This document shows positions 37,610 through 48,724 of a stretch of DNA of 64,000 nt, piece by piece. Each line of letters opens with the position of its first letter. The stretch's first letter is position 1. The notes under the pieces are model-generated. The model was not told the DNA's origin and searched no databases. It was given only the letters and a program-made list of their open reading frames with translations. This stretch comes from an uncultured Elusimicrobia bacterium (GTDB taxonomy: Bacteria; Elusimicrobiota; Elusimicrobia; FEN-1173): positions 169,373-233,372 of the forward strand of contig CAYZXT010000001.1 in assembly GCA_964482515.1 (NCBI GenBank). Reading direction: 5' to 3'. Both the position numbers and the translations under genes were made by a program.

Positions 37610-38150
37610 GCGGCCCGCCGTTTTCCTCGACCGCGACGGCACGTTGATGAAGGACGCCGTCTACGCGGACCATCCGGACGACGTGGATGTTTACCGCCGG
37701 GCGCCGGCCGCGCTCAGGCTTTTGCAGAAGGCCGGCTTTGCCTTGGTCGTCGTCACCAATCAGTCCGGACTCGGGCGCGGCTACTTCACGTGGGCGCAGC
37801 TTCGGCGCGTGCACGGCCGGTTGGACCAACTGTTGCGACGCCGGGGCGTTCGACTCGATGGGTTTTTCATTTGCCCGCACCGGCCGTCCGACGGATGCAA
37901 ATGCCGCAAGCCCAAGGTCGATCTCGTGAAACAGGCGGCGCGGAAATTGAATCTGGACCTGAAGGGTTCCGTCATGGTGGGCGACCGGGTTTTGGATCTG
38001 GAAATGGCCCGGAAACTGAAAATTTCGGGCGTCCGGGTTAGGACCGGCCACGGCTGGTCGGAAAAGCCCCGGGTGACCGGCGATTACGCCGGACGCGACC
38101 TCATGGACGCGGCCCGCTGGATCCTGGCCAAAAGAAGGGGTTCGCTTTAA
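37602..38150 (+). CDS. gmhB: D-glycero-D-manno-heptose 1,7-bisphosphate phosphatase
   Basis: HAD motif I AVFLDRDGTL, zinc-binding CPHRPSDGCKCRKPK, VGD..D motif. Confidence 0.9.
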   Translation: MPKRPAVFLDRDGTLMKDAVYADHPDDVDVYRRAPAALRLLQKAGFALVVVTNQSGLGRGYFTWAQLRRVHGRLDQLLRRRGVRLDGFFICPHRPSDGCKCRKPKVDLVKQAARKLNLDLKGSVMVGDRVLDLEMARKLKISGVRVRTGHGWSEKPRVTGDYAGRDLMDAARWILAKRRGSL

Positions 38151-40372
38151 TGGTTCCGAAGAAACCGGTTTTGTCCCGCACAAGTCCCGCCGTTTACGCC
38201 TGGCATGGTTTCCTGCTCGCGGCCCTCGTCCTCGTGCAGGGCGTTTATCTCCTTTGGTGGCTGCGCAACGACACCCGTCCGCCGGCCTGGGACGAGTCAC
38301 ACCATCTCCTGATCGCCGAGAATTACAGCCGCGCCATCGAGGACCGGAACTGGGAAGCCCTGGTCCGCCCCGTTTTTTCCAACTACCCGCCGCTCTATCA
38401 TCTCACCCTGTCTCCCTTCATGGATCGCTCGGAGGATGTGAACGCCGTCGTCAAGAAGGCCATCGGCGTCAACATCGGCTATCTGTGTTTGTTGATCGTG
38501 GCCGTCTATTTTCTGGGGGAAGCGCTTGTGTCGTCGGAGGCGGGGTTCTGCGCCGCGGCCATGGCGTCTTTCTCGCCGATCATGCTCTGGTTGGCGCACC
38601 GGCCCATGATCGACATGCCCTTGGCCGCCTGGGTGGCTCTGGCGTTGCTCTGCCTGGTGCAGTCCGATTATTTTGAGAAACCGTGGTGGAGCCTGGCTCT
38701 GGGACTTGCCTTCGGCGCGGGCATGATGACCAAGTGGTCCTTCATCGTTTACGCCGGCGTCCCCGTGGCCTGGGGATTCATCCGCGCTGTCATCGGCGGC
38801 CGGTGGCGGCCGATCCTCCTGTTCCTGCTCGGCGCCGTCGTCGTGGCGGGACCTTGGTACGCGTTCAACGGACTGCCTTCCGTCCTGAAAACGCAAAAAC
38901 TGGCGGCGATCAAGGAGGCGCGCGACCCGGCCCGCTGGAGTTTCGCGAGCGCCACCTGGTATCTGCGCGCCGCGGCCAACGACGGAATCATGTGGCCCAT
39001 GGCGCTGGCCGCCGTCGCCGGCATTGTGGCGGCCGTCCTCAGCGGGCGCTGGCTGCTTCTGACGTGGATGTTGGTTCCCCTGGTGTTTTTTAGCTCGGTG
39101 CAGAACAAGGACCTTCGCTATTACGTGCCGGCCCTGCCTTCCCTCGCTTTGATGATTGCGGCCGTGCCCGAGCGTTTTTCCGCCGGGTCGCGGCGGCTTT
39201 GGTTCATCGGCTGGACCGGCCTGGCTGTTTTCCTCGGCGTCGCCTACGGAACGGCGGACCGCTGGCCGGCCCCGCTTCAAAGGGCCGCGGCCTTCGCCGG
39301 GCTCGAACCTCTTTACAACATGCGACGCGCGCCGGGGAACCCTTCCGAGATGCACCACGACTATTCGTCGAAGGAAGACTGGAAGACCGACGAGATTTTA
39401 AAATTCATTCAAGACCGGTCCGTCGCAGGCAAACTCAGCCGGGTCAGCCTGATCAGCAACCATCCCTATTTCCAGACGTGGAACCTGCGTTTCGCGACGA
39501 AGGTCCGGGGGTGGAACGATATCGTCCTCTTCAACCCGAAACGCCGCTTGGGGGAATTCTCGGATTTCATCCTCTGGAAGACCGGGGACATGGGGCCGGA
39601 GTTCACGCTGGGTTACCTCGCGGACGCCGCCCGAATCCTGCAGGAACAGCCGCTCTGGCTGGAAAAAACCTTCACGCGCGTGATGCAATGGCCGCTGCCC
39701 GACGGCTCCCAGGCCGTCCTGTTCCAGCGCGACGTGAAAAGCGTGGCGTGGCCGTCGGCGCTGGGCGAAGTGGTTTTCGAGCTGAAACAATTCCCACTGC
39801 CCCGCTTCGAAGCAGAGGGGCTTCGCGTCCACCTCGTCCCCGCCTCCGCGGGCCAGGCGAAAAAGGGTGAATTCACTCGAATTGTTATAGAATGTGACCG
39901 CCTCGATTATCGCGGATTGGTTTTGGAAAGCGTCCGGATAGACGGCCGGGACGTCCAGATCAATTTACCGAGGCTGCTGGAAAATAGGGAGCTGCTCTTT
40001 CTCCGGGTGGGGGAACTCCGGCCGTCGGTCCAGATCGGCGGCGAGACCCTGGTCCGGTATCTTCAAGCGAGGGCCCGCTGGTTGCGCGACCCGCGGGTGG
40101 CGCTGGAAGACGGTCTTGTCCGCGTATCGGGGCGCGCGCATGGATTGCCTTTGAACGTGTCGGCCCGGGCGGAACTCTCCCCGACGCGCGACGCGGTGAC
40201 GCTGACCTTGGATTCGGCGCGGATCGGCCCGGTTCCGCTCCCGCTGTTTTTAATCCGCGCTTATACGTGCAAGACGTTTTCTCTGGATCCGTCAAAGGAT
40301 CTGCAGTTTCCAGTTCGCATGGACGAACTGACTATCAAAAATGGTCTGCTGACCGTGAGGAGTTCTTCGTGA
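38150..40372 (+). CDS. ArnT/PMT-like (GT39/GT83-type) polytopic glycosyltransferase fused to a ~350-aa C-terminal extracytoplasmic domain of unknown function
   Basis: N-terminal ~390 aa with about 10 TM helices and a first-loop acidic motif (WDESHH). C-terminal half is soluble with no recognised motifs. Confidence 0.55.
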   Translation: MVPKKPVLSRTSPAVYAWHGFLLAALVLVQGVYLLWWLRNDTRPPAWDESHHLLIAENYSRAIEDRNWEALVRPVFSNYPPLYHLTLSPFMDRSEDVNAVVKKAIGVNIGYLCLLIVAVYFLGEALVSSEAGFCAAAMASFSPIMLWLAHRPMIDMPLAAWVALALLCLVQSDYFEKPWWSLALGLAFGAGMMTKWSFIVYAGVPVAWGFIRAVIGGRWRPILLFLLGAVVVAGPWYAFNGLPSVLKTQKLAAIKEARDPARWSFASATWYLRAAANDGIMWPMALAAVAGIVAAVLSGRWLLLTWMLVPLVFFSSVQNKDLRYYVPALPSLALMIAAVPERFSAGSRRLWFIGWTGLAVFLGVAYGTADRWPAPLQRAAAFAGLEPLYNMRRAPGNPSEMHHDYSSKEDWKTDEILKFIQDRSVAGKLSRVSLISNHPYFQTWNLRFATKVRGWNDIVLFNPKRRLGEFSDFILWKTGDMGPEFTLGYLADAARILQEQPLWLEKTFTRVMQWPLPDGSQAVLFQRDVKSVAWPSALGEVVFELKQFPLPRFEAEGLRVHLVPASAGQAKKGEFTRIVIECDRLDYRGLVLESVRIDGRDVQINLPRLLENRELLFLRVGELRPSVQIGGETLVRYLQARARWLRDPRVALEDGLVRVSGRAHGLPLNVSARAELSPTRDAVTLTLDSARIGPVPLPLFLIRAYTCKTFSLDPSKDLQFPVRMDELTIKNGLLTVRSSS

Positions 40373-40926
40373 TCGGACGATGGCGAGTTTTTTTCGGGTT
40401 TGTGGCGGGATTTTTGTTTCTCTTTCTTTCCCACGCGGCTTCCTGGCCGCGGGTTTGGGCGGGGTTGGCGCTTTCGTTCATCGGGCTGCTCGTCCGCGCC
40501 TGGGCCGCCGGTTATTTGGAGAAGGGCAAGCGGCTGGCCCAGGACGGTCCTTACTCCTTCATTCGCCACCCGCTTTACGCCGGAAGTTTCCTCCTGGCTC
40601 TGGGTTTTTGCGTCGCGGGCACGGGGTCCTTCCGAACCTGGCACGGCGCGGTCCTTTGGGTCGTTTTCGTTGTCCTGTTTTTCGGAGTCTATCCGAAACG
40701 GATCCGCGAGGAGGAGGCCACGCTTGAGGCGCACTTCGGCGATCCCTGGCGCGAGTTTGTCCGTCTGCGGAAGCGCTTCCTTCCCCGCTTGTCGCCCGTT
40801 CGCCGCGACAATCCCGATACCTTCGTTCTGGCCCGCTACATCAAGAACACCGAATATAACGCCTTCATCGGCTGGCTGGCCGGCGTGGCCGTGATCCTTT
40901 TCAAGGCATTCCAAGAATTGGGATAA
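40369..40926 (+). CDS. ICMT/PEMT-family membrane methyltransferase (isoprenylcysteine carboxyl methyltransferase-like)
   Basis: GTG 40369 overlaps the upstream stop (GTGA); alternative ATG 40267 would overlap by 106 nt. Hallmark motifs IRHPLYAGSFLLALG and C-terminal EE...L...FG..W..F. Confidence 0.75.
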   Translation: MIGRWRVFFGFVAGFLFLFLSHAASWPRVWAGLALSFIGLLVRAWAAGYLEKGKRLAQDGPYSFIRHPLYAGSFLLALGFCVAGTGSFRTWHGAVLWVVFVVLFFGVYPKRIREEEATLEAHFGDPWREFVRLRKRFLPRLSPVRRDNPDTFVLARYIKNTEYNAFIGWLAGVAVILFKAFQELG

Positions 40927-41762
40927 TGACCGCCGGCCTCGTTCGATTCCTGCGCAGGCAACCCACGGGGTTGTTGCTTCCTTTGCTTCTGTTGTCCATC
41001 CCCTCCCTGGCGGAGACCCCCGCTTTCATCTGGCGGAGCCGGCCCAACGCGGCTTTTCAAGTCGGCGAGTCCATTCTTTATGTGATCAAGTACGGGATCG
41101 TTCCCTCCGGTTTCGCGACGCTGGAAATCCCCAATGAAGAGATGGTCGGCGACCGCAAGGCTTTCCATATTGTCTCCCGCGCCAAAACCAACAAGGGAAC
41201 GGACGTTTTTTTTAAGGTGCGGGACGTGAATGAATCGTGGATGGACGTGGAGAGCCTTTGCTCTCTCCGGTTTTATCAGCATTTAAGGGAAGGACTGCAT
41301 GAGCGGCTCACCCGGACTGAATACGATCACCCCAACGGAAAATTCATTTTTTGGAAGCGCCGCAAAGGGAAGGAAACCACGAACGAAGGCGGAATGCCGC
41401 CCTATGTTCAGGATGTCCTTTCCAGCCTTTATTACATCCGCACCCAGGAGTTGGAGGTGGGGAAGGATTACGCCCTGGACGCCAATTCCAGCGGCAAAAC
41501 CTGGCCGTTAAAGGTCCATGTGGAAAAGATCCAGACCATCAAAGTCCCGGCGGGGAGGTTTGAATGTTATAAGGTGGAACCTATCCTGGCGGGGGACGGC
41601 ATCTTTCAGCAGAAGGGCAAGCTGGAGGTCTGGTTGACGCGTGATGAGCGCAAAATCCCGGTGCTTTTGAGGTCCCGGGTCATGGTGGGGGCCTTTGACG
41701 CGGAGATGCAGGCATACCGCCCGGACGGTTCCGGTGAGGACCCCGCCGCCAGGGCTTTTTGA
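40926..41762 (+). CDS. Secreted protein, DUF3108-like
   Basis: ATG overlaps the upstream TAA. Signal peptide (LLLPLLLLSIPSLA/ET). Beta-rich; block YVQDVLSSLYYIRTQ resembles the DUF3108 signature as I recall it (not certain). Confidence 0.5.
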   Translation: MTAGLVRFLRRQPTGLLLPLLLLSIPSLAETPAFIWRSRPNAAFQVGESILYVIKYGIVPSGFATLEIPNEEMVGDRKAFHIVSRAKTNKGTDVFFKVRDVNESWMDVESLCSLRFYQHLREGLHERLTRTEYDHPNGKFIFWKRRKGKETTNEGGMPPYVQDVLSSLYYIRTQELEVGKDYALDANSSGKTWPLKVHVEKIQTIKVPAGRFECYKVEPILAGDGIFQQKGKLEVWLTRDERKIPVLLRSRVMVGAFDAEMQAYRPDGSGEDPAARAF

Positions 41763-41865
41763 TAAATCCTTGAAAAAAACGTTGTAATCTTGTTGAATTT
41801 CGTTAAACTTACACTTACGGATTCATTTTTAGTGGGGATTTTAATACTCGTTGAAAGGATGACCT
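41763..41865 (+). promoter_or_regulatory. AT-rich intergenic promoter region and RBS for the 41866 gene
   Basis: About 70% AT against a 64% GC background. Candidate elements TTGAAA (41771), TTGTAA-16-TAAACT (41783..41810). SD AAAGGA 7 nt before ATG 41866. Confidence 0.35.
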
Positions 41866-42483
41866 ATGACAACAAAGGCATTTTCTAAGAAAGAGGCGTT
41901 GCAGTTCGGTTGGAACACCATGAAAACCAACGTGGGGTTCTTCATCGGATTGCTCCTGATCGTTTGGGCTATTTCCGTTATCCCGGGCATCATTAATAAT
42001 TTCGTCAAGGTCACGGCCGTCGCCCTGATCGTGGCCATCGTCTTCCGGTTCATCCAATGGTTTCTGGAGATCGGCCTCATCAAGATCAGCCTGGCTTTTG
42101 TGGACGGGAAAACGCCGGCCATTCCGGAGCTGTTTTCCGGCAAAGAGGTTTATTGGAAATACGTCGGCGGCACCATCCTCTACGGGTTGATCGTCTTCGG
42201 CGGCATCCTGCTGTTGATCGTGCCGGGGATCATCTGGTCCATCCAGTTCTTTTTCTACAGCTACCTGATCGTGGAAAAGGGAATGAAGCCCATCGACGCC
42301 TTGAAGGCCAGCTCGGCCATGACCAAGGGGCATAAATGGGAATTGTTCCTCTTCGGCTTGATCACGCTCGGCGTCAATTTGCTCGGCGCCCTCTGCTTGC
42401 TGGTCGGGCTTTTCGCCACCGTCCCCACGACTTTGGTGGCCCTGGCGACGATCTACCGCAAGCTGTCCAACCAGAACGCTTAG
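41866..42483 (+). CDS. Integral membrane protein of unknown function (5-6 TM), compositionally atypical
   Basis: 205 aa. Lower GC and different codon usage from its neighbours. Own promoter region and a strong downstream terminator. Confidence 0.7.
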   Translation: MTTKAFSKKEALQFGWNTMKTNVGFFIGLLLIVWAISVIPGIINNFVKVTAVALIVAIVFRFIQWFLEIGLIKISLAFVDGKTPAIPELFSGKEVYWKYVGGTILYGLIVFGGILLLIVPGIIWSIQFFFYSYLIVEKGMKPIDALKASSAMTKGHKWELFLFGLITLGVNLLGALCLLVGLFATVPTTLVALATIYRKLSNQNA

Positions 42484-42515
42484 TTAACGTCCGGTCATAG
42501 TCATCCTTTAATGGT

Positions 42516-42557
42516 CCGCCCATTCGGGGTTCGCCCCGGGTGGGCGGTTCTTTTGTG
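42516..42557 (+). terminator. Rho-independent terminator
   Basis: ccgccca-(nested cgggg ttcg ccccg hairpin)-tgggcgg followed by ttcttttgtg. Confidence 0.75.
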
Positions 42558-42596
42558 CATGTTCGAGCGATCAGGATTTGATGTTTTTTTTCGAAT

Positions 42597-43628
42597 TTGG
42601 TAAAAATTCTCGTGCCAACCGTTACGACTGGAAAATCCTTAAAAACATCCCAGCTTATTTCGCGGCTCAGCCGCTTCGCCAGGACGCCCGTCTTGGTTGT
42701 GGGCGACCTCATGGTGGACCGCTATATCCGCGGCCAGGTGAACCGCCTCTCCCCGGAAGCGCCGGTTCCCGTTGTCCACGTGCGGCAGGAAGATTTCATG
42801 CCGGGCGGCGCGGGGAACGTGGCTTGCAACATCGCGGCCCTGGGCGGAATCCCGTATCTTATTTCCGTGGTGGGTCAGGACGCCGAGGGCGACCGCCTTG
42901 TCTCCCTTCTCCGCGAGCGCGGCGTGGACGTGGACGGCATGGTGAAGGACGATTCCCGCCCCACGATCGTTAAAACGCGCGTCATGGCGGGCCACCAGCA
43001 GGTGGTTCGCTTCGACCACGAAAGCCATCAGCCGCTGCAACGGGAAATCAACGCCGCCGTCCTGCGCCGCATTCAAGGTGTTCTCCCTAAAGTGAAGGGC
43101 ATCATCATTTCCGATTACGGCAAGGGTTTGATCAACGCCAGCCTGCTGCCCTCCATCCTCGCCCTGGCCCGCCGCCACAAGAAAATCGTCACCGTCGATC
43201 CCAAGGTGGAGCATTTCCTGCGCTACCGCGGCGTCCATTGCATCACCCCCAATCTGAAGGAAGCCATGGAGGGGATGCGTTCCCTTCCGCCCAAAACGGA
43301 CGCGGACGTCGATGCTTTGGGCCGCCGGATTTTGACGCGGCTCAAATCTCACACGGTGTTGATCACACGCGGCGAGAGGGGCATGAGCCTCTATGAAGCG
43401 TCGGGCAAGGTCACCCATATCCCGTCCCAGGCTTTGGAAGTCTTCGACGTGACCGGCGCGGGCGACACGGTGATCTCGACGTTCACGCTGGCCCTCGCGT
43501 CGGGCGCATCCTGGATCGAGGCCGCCCACCTCTCCAACCTGGCGGCGGGCGTGGTGGTGGCCAAGCTCGGCACGGCCACGGCGAAGCCCGATGAAATCCG
43601 CGCGGCCATGGCCCATTGGAAGCAATGA
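42597..43628 (+). CDS. hldA: D-glycero-beta-D-manno-heptose-7-phosphate kinase (HldE domain I / ribokinase-like)
   Basis: VLVVGDLMVDRYIRG, ...GGAGNVACNIAALGG, C-terminal DVTGAGDTVISTF anion-hole motif. Only the kinase domain is present; no adenylyltransferase domain. Confidence 0.85.
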   Translation: MVKILVPTVTTGKSLKTSQLISRLSRFARTPVLVVGDLMVDRYIRGQVNRLSPEAPVPVVHVRQEDFMPGGAGNVACNIAALGGIPYLISVVGQDAEGDRLVSLLRERGVDVDGMVKDDSRPTIVKTRVMAGHQQVVRFDHESHQPLQREINAAVLRRIQGVLPKVKGIIISDYGKGLINASLLPSILALARRHKKIVTVDPKVEHFLRYRGVHCITPNLKEAMEGMRSLPPKTDADVDALGRRILTRLKSHTVLITRGERGMSLYEASGKVTHIPSQALEVFDVTGAGDTVISTFTLALASGASWIEAAHLSNLAAGVVVAKLGTATAKPDEIRAAMAHWKQ

Positions 43629-44353
43629 ACGTTCTAGCGGTCATCCCCGCGCGCTATGCGTCGCAGCGTTTTCCGGGGAAGCCCCTGGCCGAGATCGCGG
43701 GGAAGCCCATGGTCCGCTGGGTCTATGAGGCGGCGCGGCGGGCATTGCCTCGGGTGATCGTGGCCACGGATGATAAACGAATATTGTCGGCCGTCCGCGC
43801 GTTCGGCGGCGAAGCCATGTTGACATCGGCGCGTTGCAAGAGCGGCACCGACCGGGTGGCGGAAGTGGCGCGGAAAGTTCCCGCGCGGCTCTATTTGAAC
43901 ATCCAGGGCGACGAACCGCTCATGACCACGCGGACAGTGAAGAAAGTTTTGGAATTGCACCGCGATGGGAAAGTCGTGATGGGGACCGCGGCCACGGTTT
44001 TGGCGGATGACGAGGCCTGGCGCGACCCGAACGTGGTGAAGGTCCTGGTGGACCGGAACAAACGGGCGATTTATTTCTCCCGCGCGACCCTGCCGTTCTT
44101 CCGTGACGGCGCGCCGAAGAAGCCGCCGAAGGAAGTCCAAAAACACCTGGGGATCTATTCCTACGCCGCGCCGCTGCTGCGGCGGTTCGTGCGCTGGCCC
44201 GAAACGTTTTTGGAGCGGTCCGAGAGGTTGGAGCAATTGCGCGCCCTGGAGAACGGGGTCTCCATCCACGTCGCCTTTACGCCCGACGATTCCATCGGCG
44301 TCGACCATCCGTCGGACGCGAAGCGCGCGGCAACGATTTTGCGGAAACGCTAA
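43625..44353 (+). CDS. kdsB: 3-deoxy-manno-octulosonate cytidylyltransferase (CMP-KDO synthetase)
   Basis: ATGA overlap. MNVLAVIPARYASQRFPGKPLAEIAGKPMV...NIQGDEPL are canonical KdsB blocks. Confidence 0.92.
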   Translation: MNVLAVIPARYASQRFPGKPLAEIAGKPMVRWVYEAARRALPRVIVATDDKRILSAVRAFGGEAMLTSARCKSGTDRVAEVARKVPARLYLNIQGDEPLMTTRTVKKVLELHRDGKVVMGTAATVLADDEAWRDPNVVKVLVDRNKRAIYFSRATLPFFRDGAPKKPPKEVQKHLGIYSYAAPLLRRFVRWPETFLERSERLEQLRALENGVSIHVAFTPDDSIGVDHPSDAKRAATILRKR

Positions 44354-44364
44354 GCACAATTTAA

Positions 44365-46005
<1,641 letters not shown>

Positions 46006-46014
46006 GGGGAGGCC

Positions 46015-46857
46015 ATGAAATCGCAGAACGAAGTCCGGGTCGGAAACTTCTCCTTCTCCAACGACCGCCCCCTGTCGATCATCGCCGGGCCCTGCATCGT
46101 TGAGAACGAAGCGCTGACCCTGCGGGTCGCGAAGGCCCTGAAGGAAATCTCCCGGCAACTGAAGTTTAACCTGGTTTTCAAATGTTCGTTCGACAAGGCC
46201 AACCGGTCCTCGACGGAATCCTACCGCGGCCCAGGCATGGAGGAAGGGCTGCGCATCCTGGCCCGCGTCAAGCGCGAGACCGGCCTGCCGATCCTGACGG
46301 ACATTCACGAGACCCATCAGGCGGCGCCCGCGGCGCGGGTGGCGGACATCCTCCAGATCCCGGCCTTCCTTTCCCGGCAGACGGACCTTTTGCTGGCCGC
46401 GGCGCGCACCCCCGCCGTGGTGAACGTGAAGAAGGGACAGTTTTTGTCCCCCTGGGACATGAAGAACGTGGTGAAAAAGATCGAAGAGGGCGGGGGCCGC
46501 AAGATCGCCCTGACCGAGCGCGGCGCGTCCTTCGGTTATCACAATTTGGTGGTGGACATGAGGGGCCTGGAAGTGATGAAATCCTTTATGTACCCTGTGA
46601 TCTTCGACGCCACGCACAGCGTGCAGCTTCCCGGCGCGCAGGGCAAGTCCAGCGGCGGCCAGCGGGAGTTCATCTACCCCTTGGCGCGGGCGGCGGTGGC
46701 CGTGGGCGTGGCGGCGGTGTTCATGGAAGTGCATCCGAAACCGGAAACGGCCCTTTCCGACGGGCCGAACGCGGTGCGGATGTCGGATGTTAGGACGCTG
46801 GTCCAGCGATTGCAAAGAATCGATAGCGTCGTCAAAAATAGGAGAATGGGACTATGA
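46015..46857 (+). CDS. kdsA: 2-dehydro-3-deoxyphosphooctonate aldolase (KDO-8-phosphate synthase)
   Basis: ...[10 protein letters not shown]...[12 protein letters not shown]...[10 protein letters not shown] are canonical KdsA blocks. Confidence 0.93.
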   Translation: MKSQNEVRVGNFSFSNDRPLSIIAGPCIVENEALTLRVAKALKEISRQLKFNLVFKCSFDKANRSSTESYRGPGMEEGLRILARVKRETGLPILTDIHETHQAAPAARVADILQIPAFLSRQTDLLLAAARTPAVVNVKKGQFLSPWDMKNVVKKIEEGGGRKIALTERGASFGYHNLVVDMRGLEVMKSFMYPVIFDATHSVQLPGAQGKSSGGQREFIYPLARAAVAVGVAAVFMEVHPKPETALSDGPNAVRMSDVRTLVQRLQRIDSVVKNRRMGL

Positions 46858-47159
46858 AATGCCCGTCCTGCGGACTCGAAAATAAGAAGACCTCGAAATT
46901 TTGTTCCCAGTGCGGCACGGCCGTCGCGACCGCGCCGGCGGCGAAGCCGAAAGCGGCGGCCCCCCGCGAGATATTGGCGACGGACGTGTCCGCCGATCTG
47001 TGGCGGCCCGATTGGAAATGGCACCTTCGCTCGCTCGCCGTTATTTATGTCGTTCTCTTCATCGTTTATCTGGGGATCAGCCGGTTCCTTTCCAAAGTGC
47101 CCGAACCCTACCGCATGCGCGATATCCCGGCGGAAATGACGCCCTGGCTGAAGCGGTAA
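46854..47159 (+). CDS. Small zinc-ribbon membrane protein (CxxC...CxxC + 1 TM), unknown function
   Basis: [21 protein letters not shown] then Ala/Pro-rich linker and [21 protein letters not shown]-coupled to the kdsA stop. Confidence 0.55.
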   Translation: MKCPSCGLENKKTSKFCSQCGTAVATAPAAKPKAAAPREILATDVSADLWRPDWKWHLRSLAVIYVVLFIVYLGISRFLSKVPEPYRMRDIPAEMTPWLKR

Positions 47160-47171
47160 TTCCCGGTCCCC

Positions 47172-48173
47172 GTGAAAAACTCCGCGGCGAAAAATAAAAA
47201 TTCCTCTCCAAACGACTGGCGCGCCCGCGCCCGCCGCACCCTACAAATCGAAGCCCGCGCCGTGGCCCGCCAGATCAGCCACGTCGACGGACAATTCATC
47301 GAGGCCGCCCGGCTCATGGCCGAATGCCGTGGGCGCGTGGTCGTGATGGGCGTGGGGAAATCGGGCCTGATCGGCCGCAAGCTCACCGCGACTCTGTCCT
47401 CCACCGGAACGCCGTCCCTGTTCGTCCATCCCACCGAAAGCCTGCACGGCGACGCCGGCATGCTCGTGCCGGGCGACGTCTGTTTGGTCCTTTCCTACTC
47501 GGGCCAGACCGAGGAGCTTAAAAAAGTGATCTCGGTCGTCCGCTCCCGCAAGCTCCCGATCATCGCCATGACCGGCAATCCCTCGTCCATGCTCGGCCGT
47601 TCCGCCGACGTGAACGTCAACGTGAACGTTTCCCAGGAAGCCTGCCCCTACAACATCACGCCCACCGCCTCCACCACCGCCATGCTGGCCGTGGGCGACG
47701 CGCTGGCGCTCCTCATCATGGAGATAAAAGGTTTCGATAAAGACGATTTCGCCCGGCTCCATCCGGCGGGCATGCTGGGCAAGCGTTTGACGATGCGCGT
47801 GTCCGGCCTCATGCACAAGGGAGCGGAGAACCCGGTCGTTGGTCAGGAAAAGACCGTGCGCGAGGCGTTGATCATCATGACGCGCACGCGCCTCGGCGCC
47901 GCTTCGGTGGTGGACAAGCGCGGACGGCTCGCCGGCGTGTTCACGGACGGCGACCTGCGGCGGGGCCTGCAGCGCGACCCGCAATTGTTGGCTCGGCCGC
48001 TTTCCCAGGTGATGACGCGCCATCCCCGGACCGTTTTGGAGAACGAGCTGGCTGCGGACGCGGCGCCGCTTTTCCGCCGGTACGGTCTGGACAACCTCCC
48101 GGTCCTGGACCGCAAGGGACGCCCGGTGGGGGTCCTGGACGAGAAGGATTTGCTGGAAGAGGGACTGGTCTGA
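47172..48173 (+). CDS. kdsD: Arabinose-5-phosphate isomerase (SIS + tandem CBS domains)
   Basis: VMGVGKSGLIGRKLTATLSSTGTP, SYSGQTEEL (SIS domain) and C-terminal CBS pair. Located in the kdsD-kdsC-lptC-lptA-lptB array. Confidence 0.9.
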   Translation: MKNSAAKNKNSSPNDWRARARRTLQIEARAVARQISHVDGQFIEAARLMAECRGRVVVMGVGKSGLIGRKLTATLSSTGTPSLFVHPTESLHGDAGMLVPGDVCLVLSYSGQTEELKKVISVVRSRKLPIIAMTGNPSSMLGRSADVNVNVNVSQEACPYNITPTASTTAMLAVGDALALLIMEIKGFDKDDFARLHPAGMLGKRLTMRVSGLMHKGAENPVVGQEKTVREALIIMTRTRLGAASVVDKRGRLAGVFTDGDLRRGLQRDPQLLARPLSQVMTRHPRTVLENELAADAAPLFRRYGLDNLPVLDRKGRPVGVLDEKDLLEEGLV

Positions 48174-48724
48174 TGCCGCTCCTCTCGCCGGCGGAGATCG
48201 GGGAGCGCGCGAAAAAAATAAGGCTCTTCGCCATGGACGTGGACGGCGTCTTGACCGACGGTTCCATCATCGTGTTGAACTCCGGCGAGGAAGTGAAGTT
48301 CTGGAACGTGCGCGACCGTATCGGTTTTTTCATGCTCAAACGGAGCCCGGTGGATTTCACGCTCGCGTGGATCACGGGCCGCGAGTCTCCCCAGGTGGAA
48401 ACGCGCGCCAAGGAACTTCACGTCCATTCGCTCTACCAAAAGTCGGAAGACAAGGGAAAGGCCCTCTTCGAGGTCCTGCGGCGTTTCAACCTGCAGCCGG
48501 CCGAGGCCCTTTTCATCGGCGACGACCTGGTGGACCTGCCGGCGCTGAAAATGGCGGGCCTGGCCGTCTGTCCGTCGGACGCCGCGGACGAGGTGAAGGC
48601 CGTCTGCCATTGGGTCACGCAAGTCCCCGGCGGGCGCGGCGTGTTCCGTGAAACCGTGGACACGGTCCTGAAGGCCCAGGGCCTCTGGCCCGCCGTCCTT
48701 CGCCAATTTGAGAATCCCTCGTAG
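48173..48724 (+). CDS. kdsC: 3-deoxy-D-manno-octulosonate 8-phosphate phosphatase
   Basis: HAD family: FAMDVDGVLTDG, ...GDDLVDLP... TGATG overlap with kdsD. Confidence 0.9.
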   Translation: MPLLSPAEIGERAKKIRLFAMDVDGVLTDGSIIVLNSGEEVKFWNVRDRIGFFMLKRSPVDFTLAWITGRESPQVETRAKELHVHSLYQKSEDKGKALFEVLRRFNLQPAEALFIGDDLVDLPALKMAGLAVCPSDAADEVKAVCHWVTQVPGGRGVFRETVDTVLKAQGLWPAVLRQFENPS

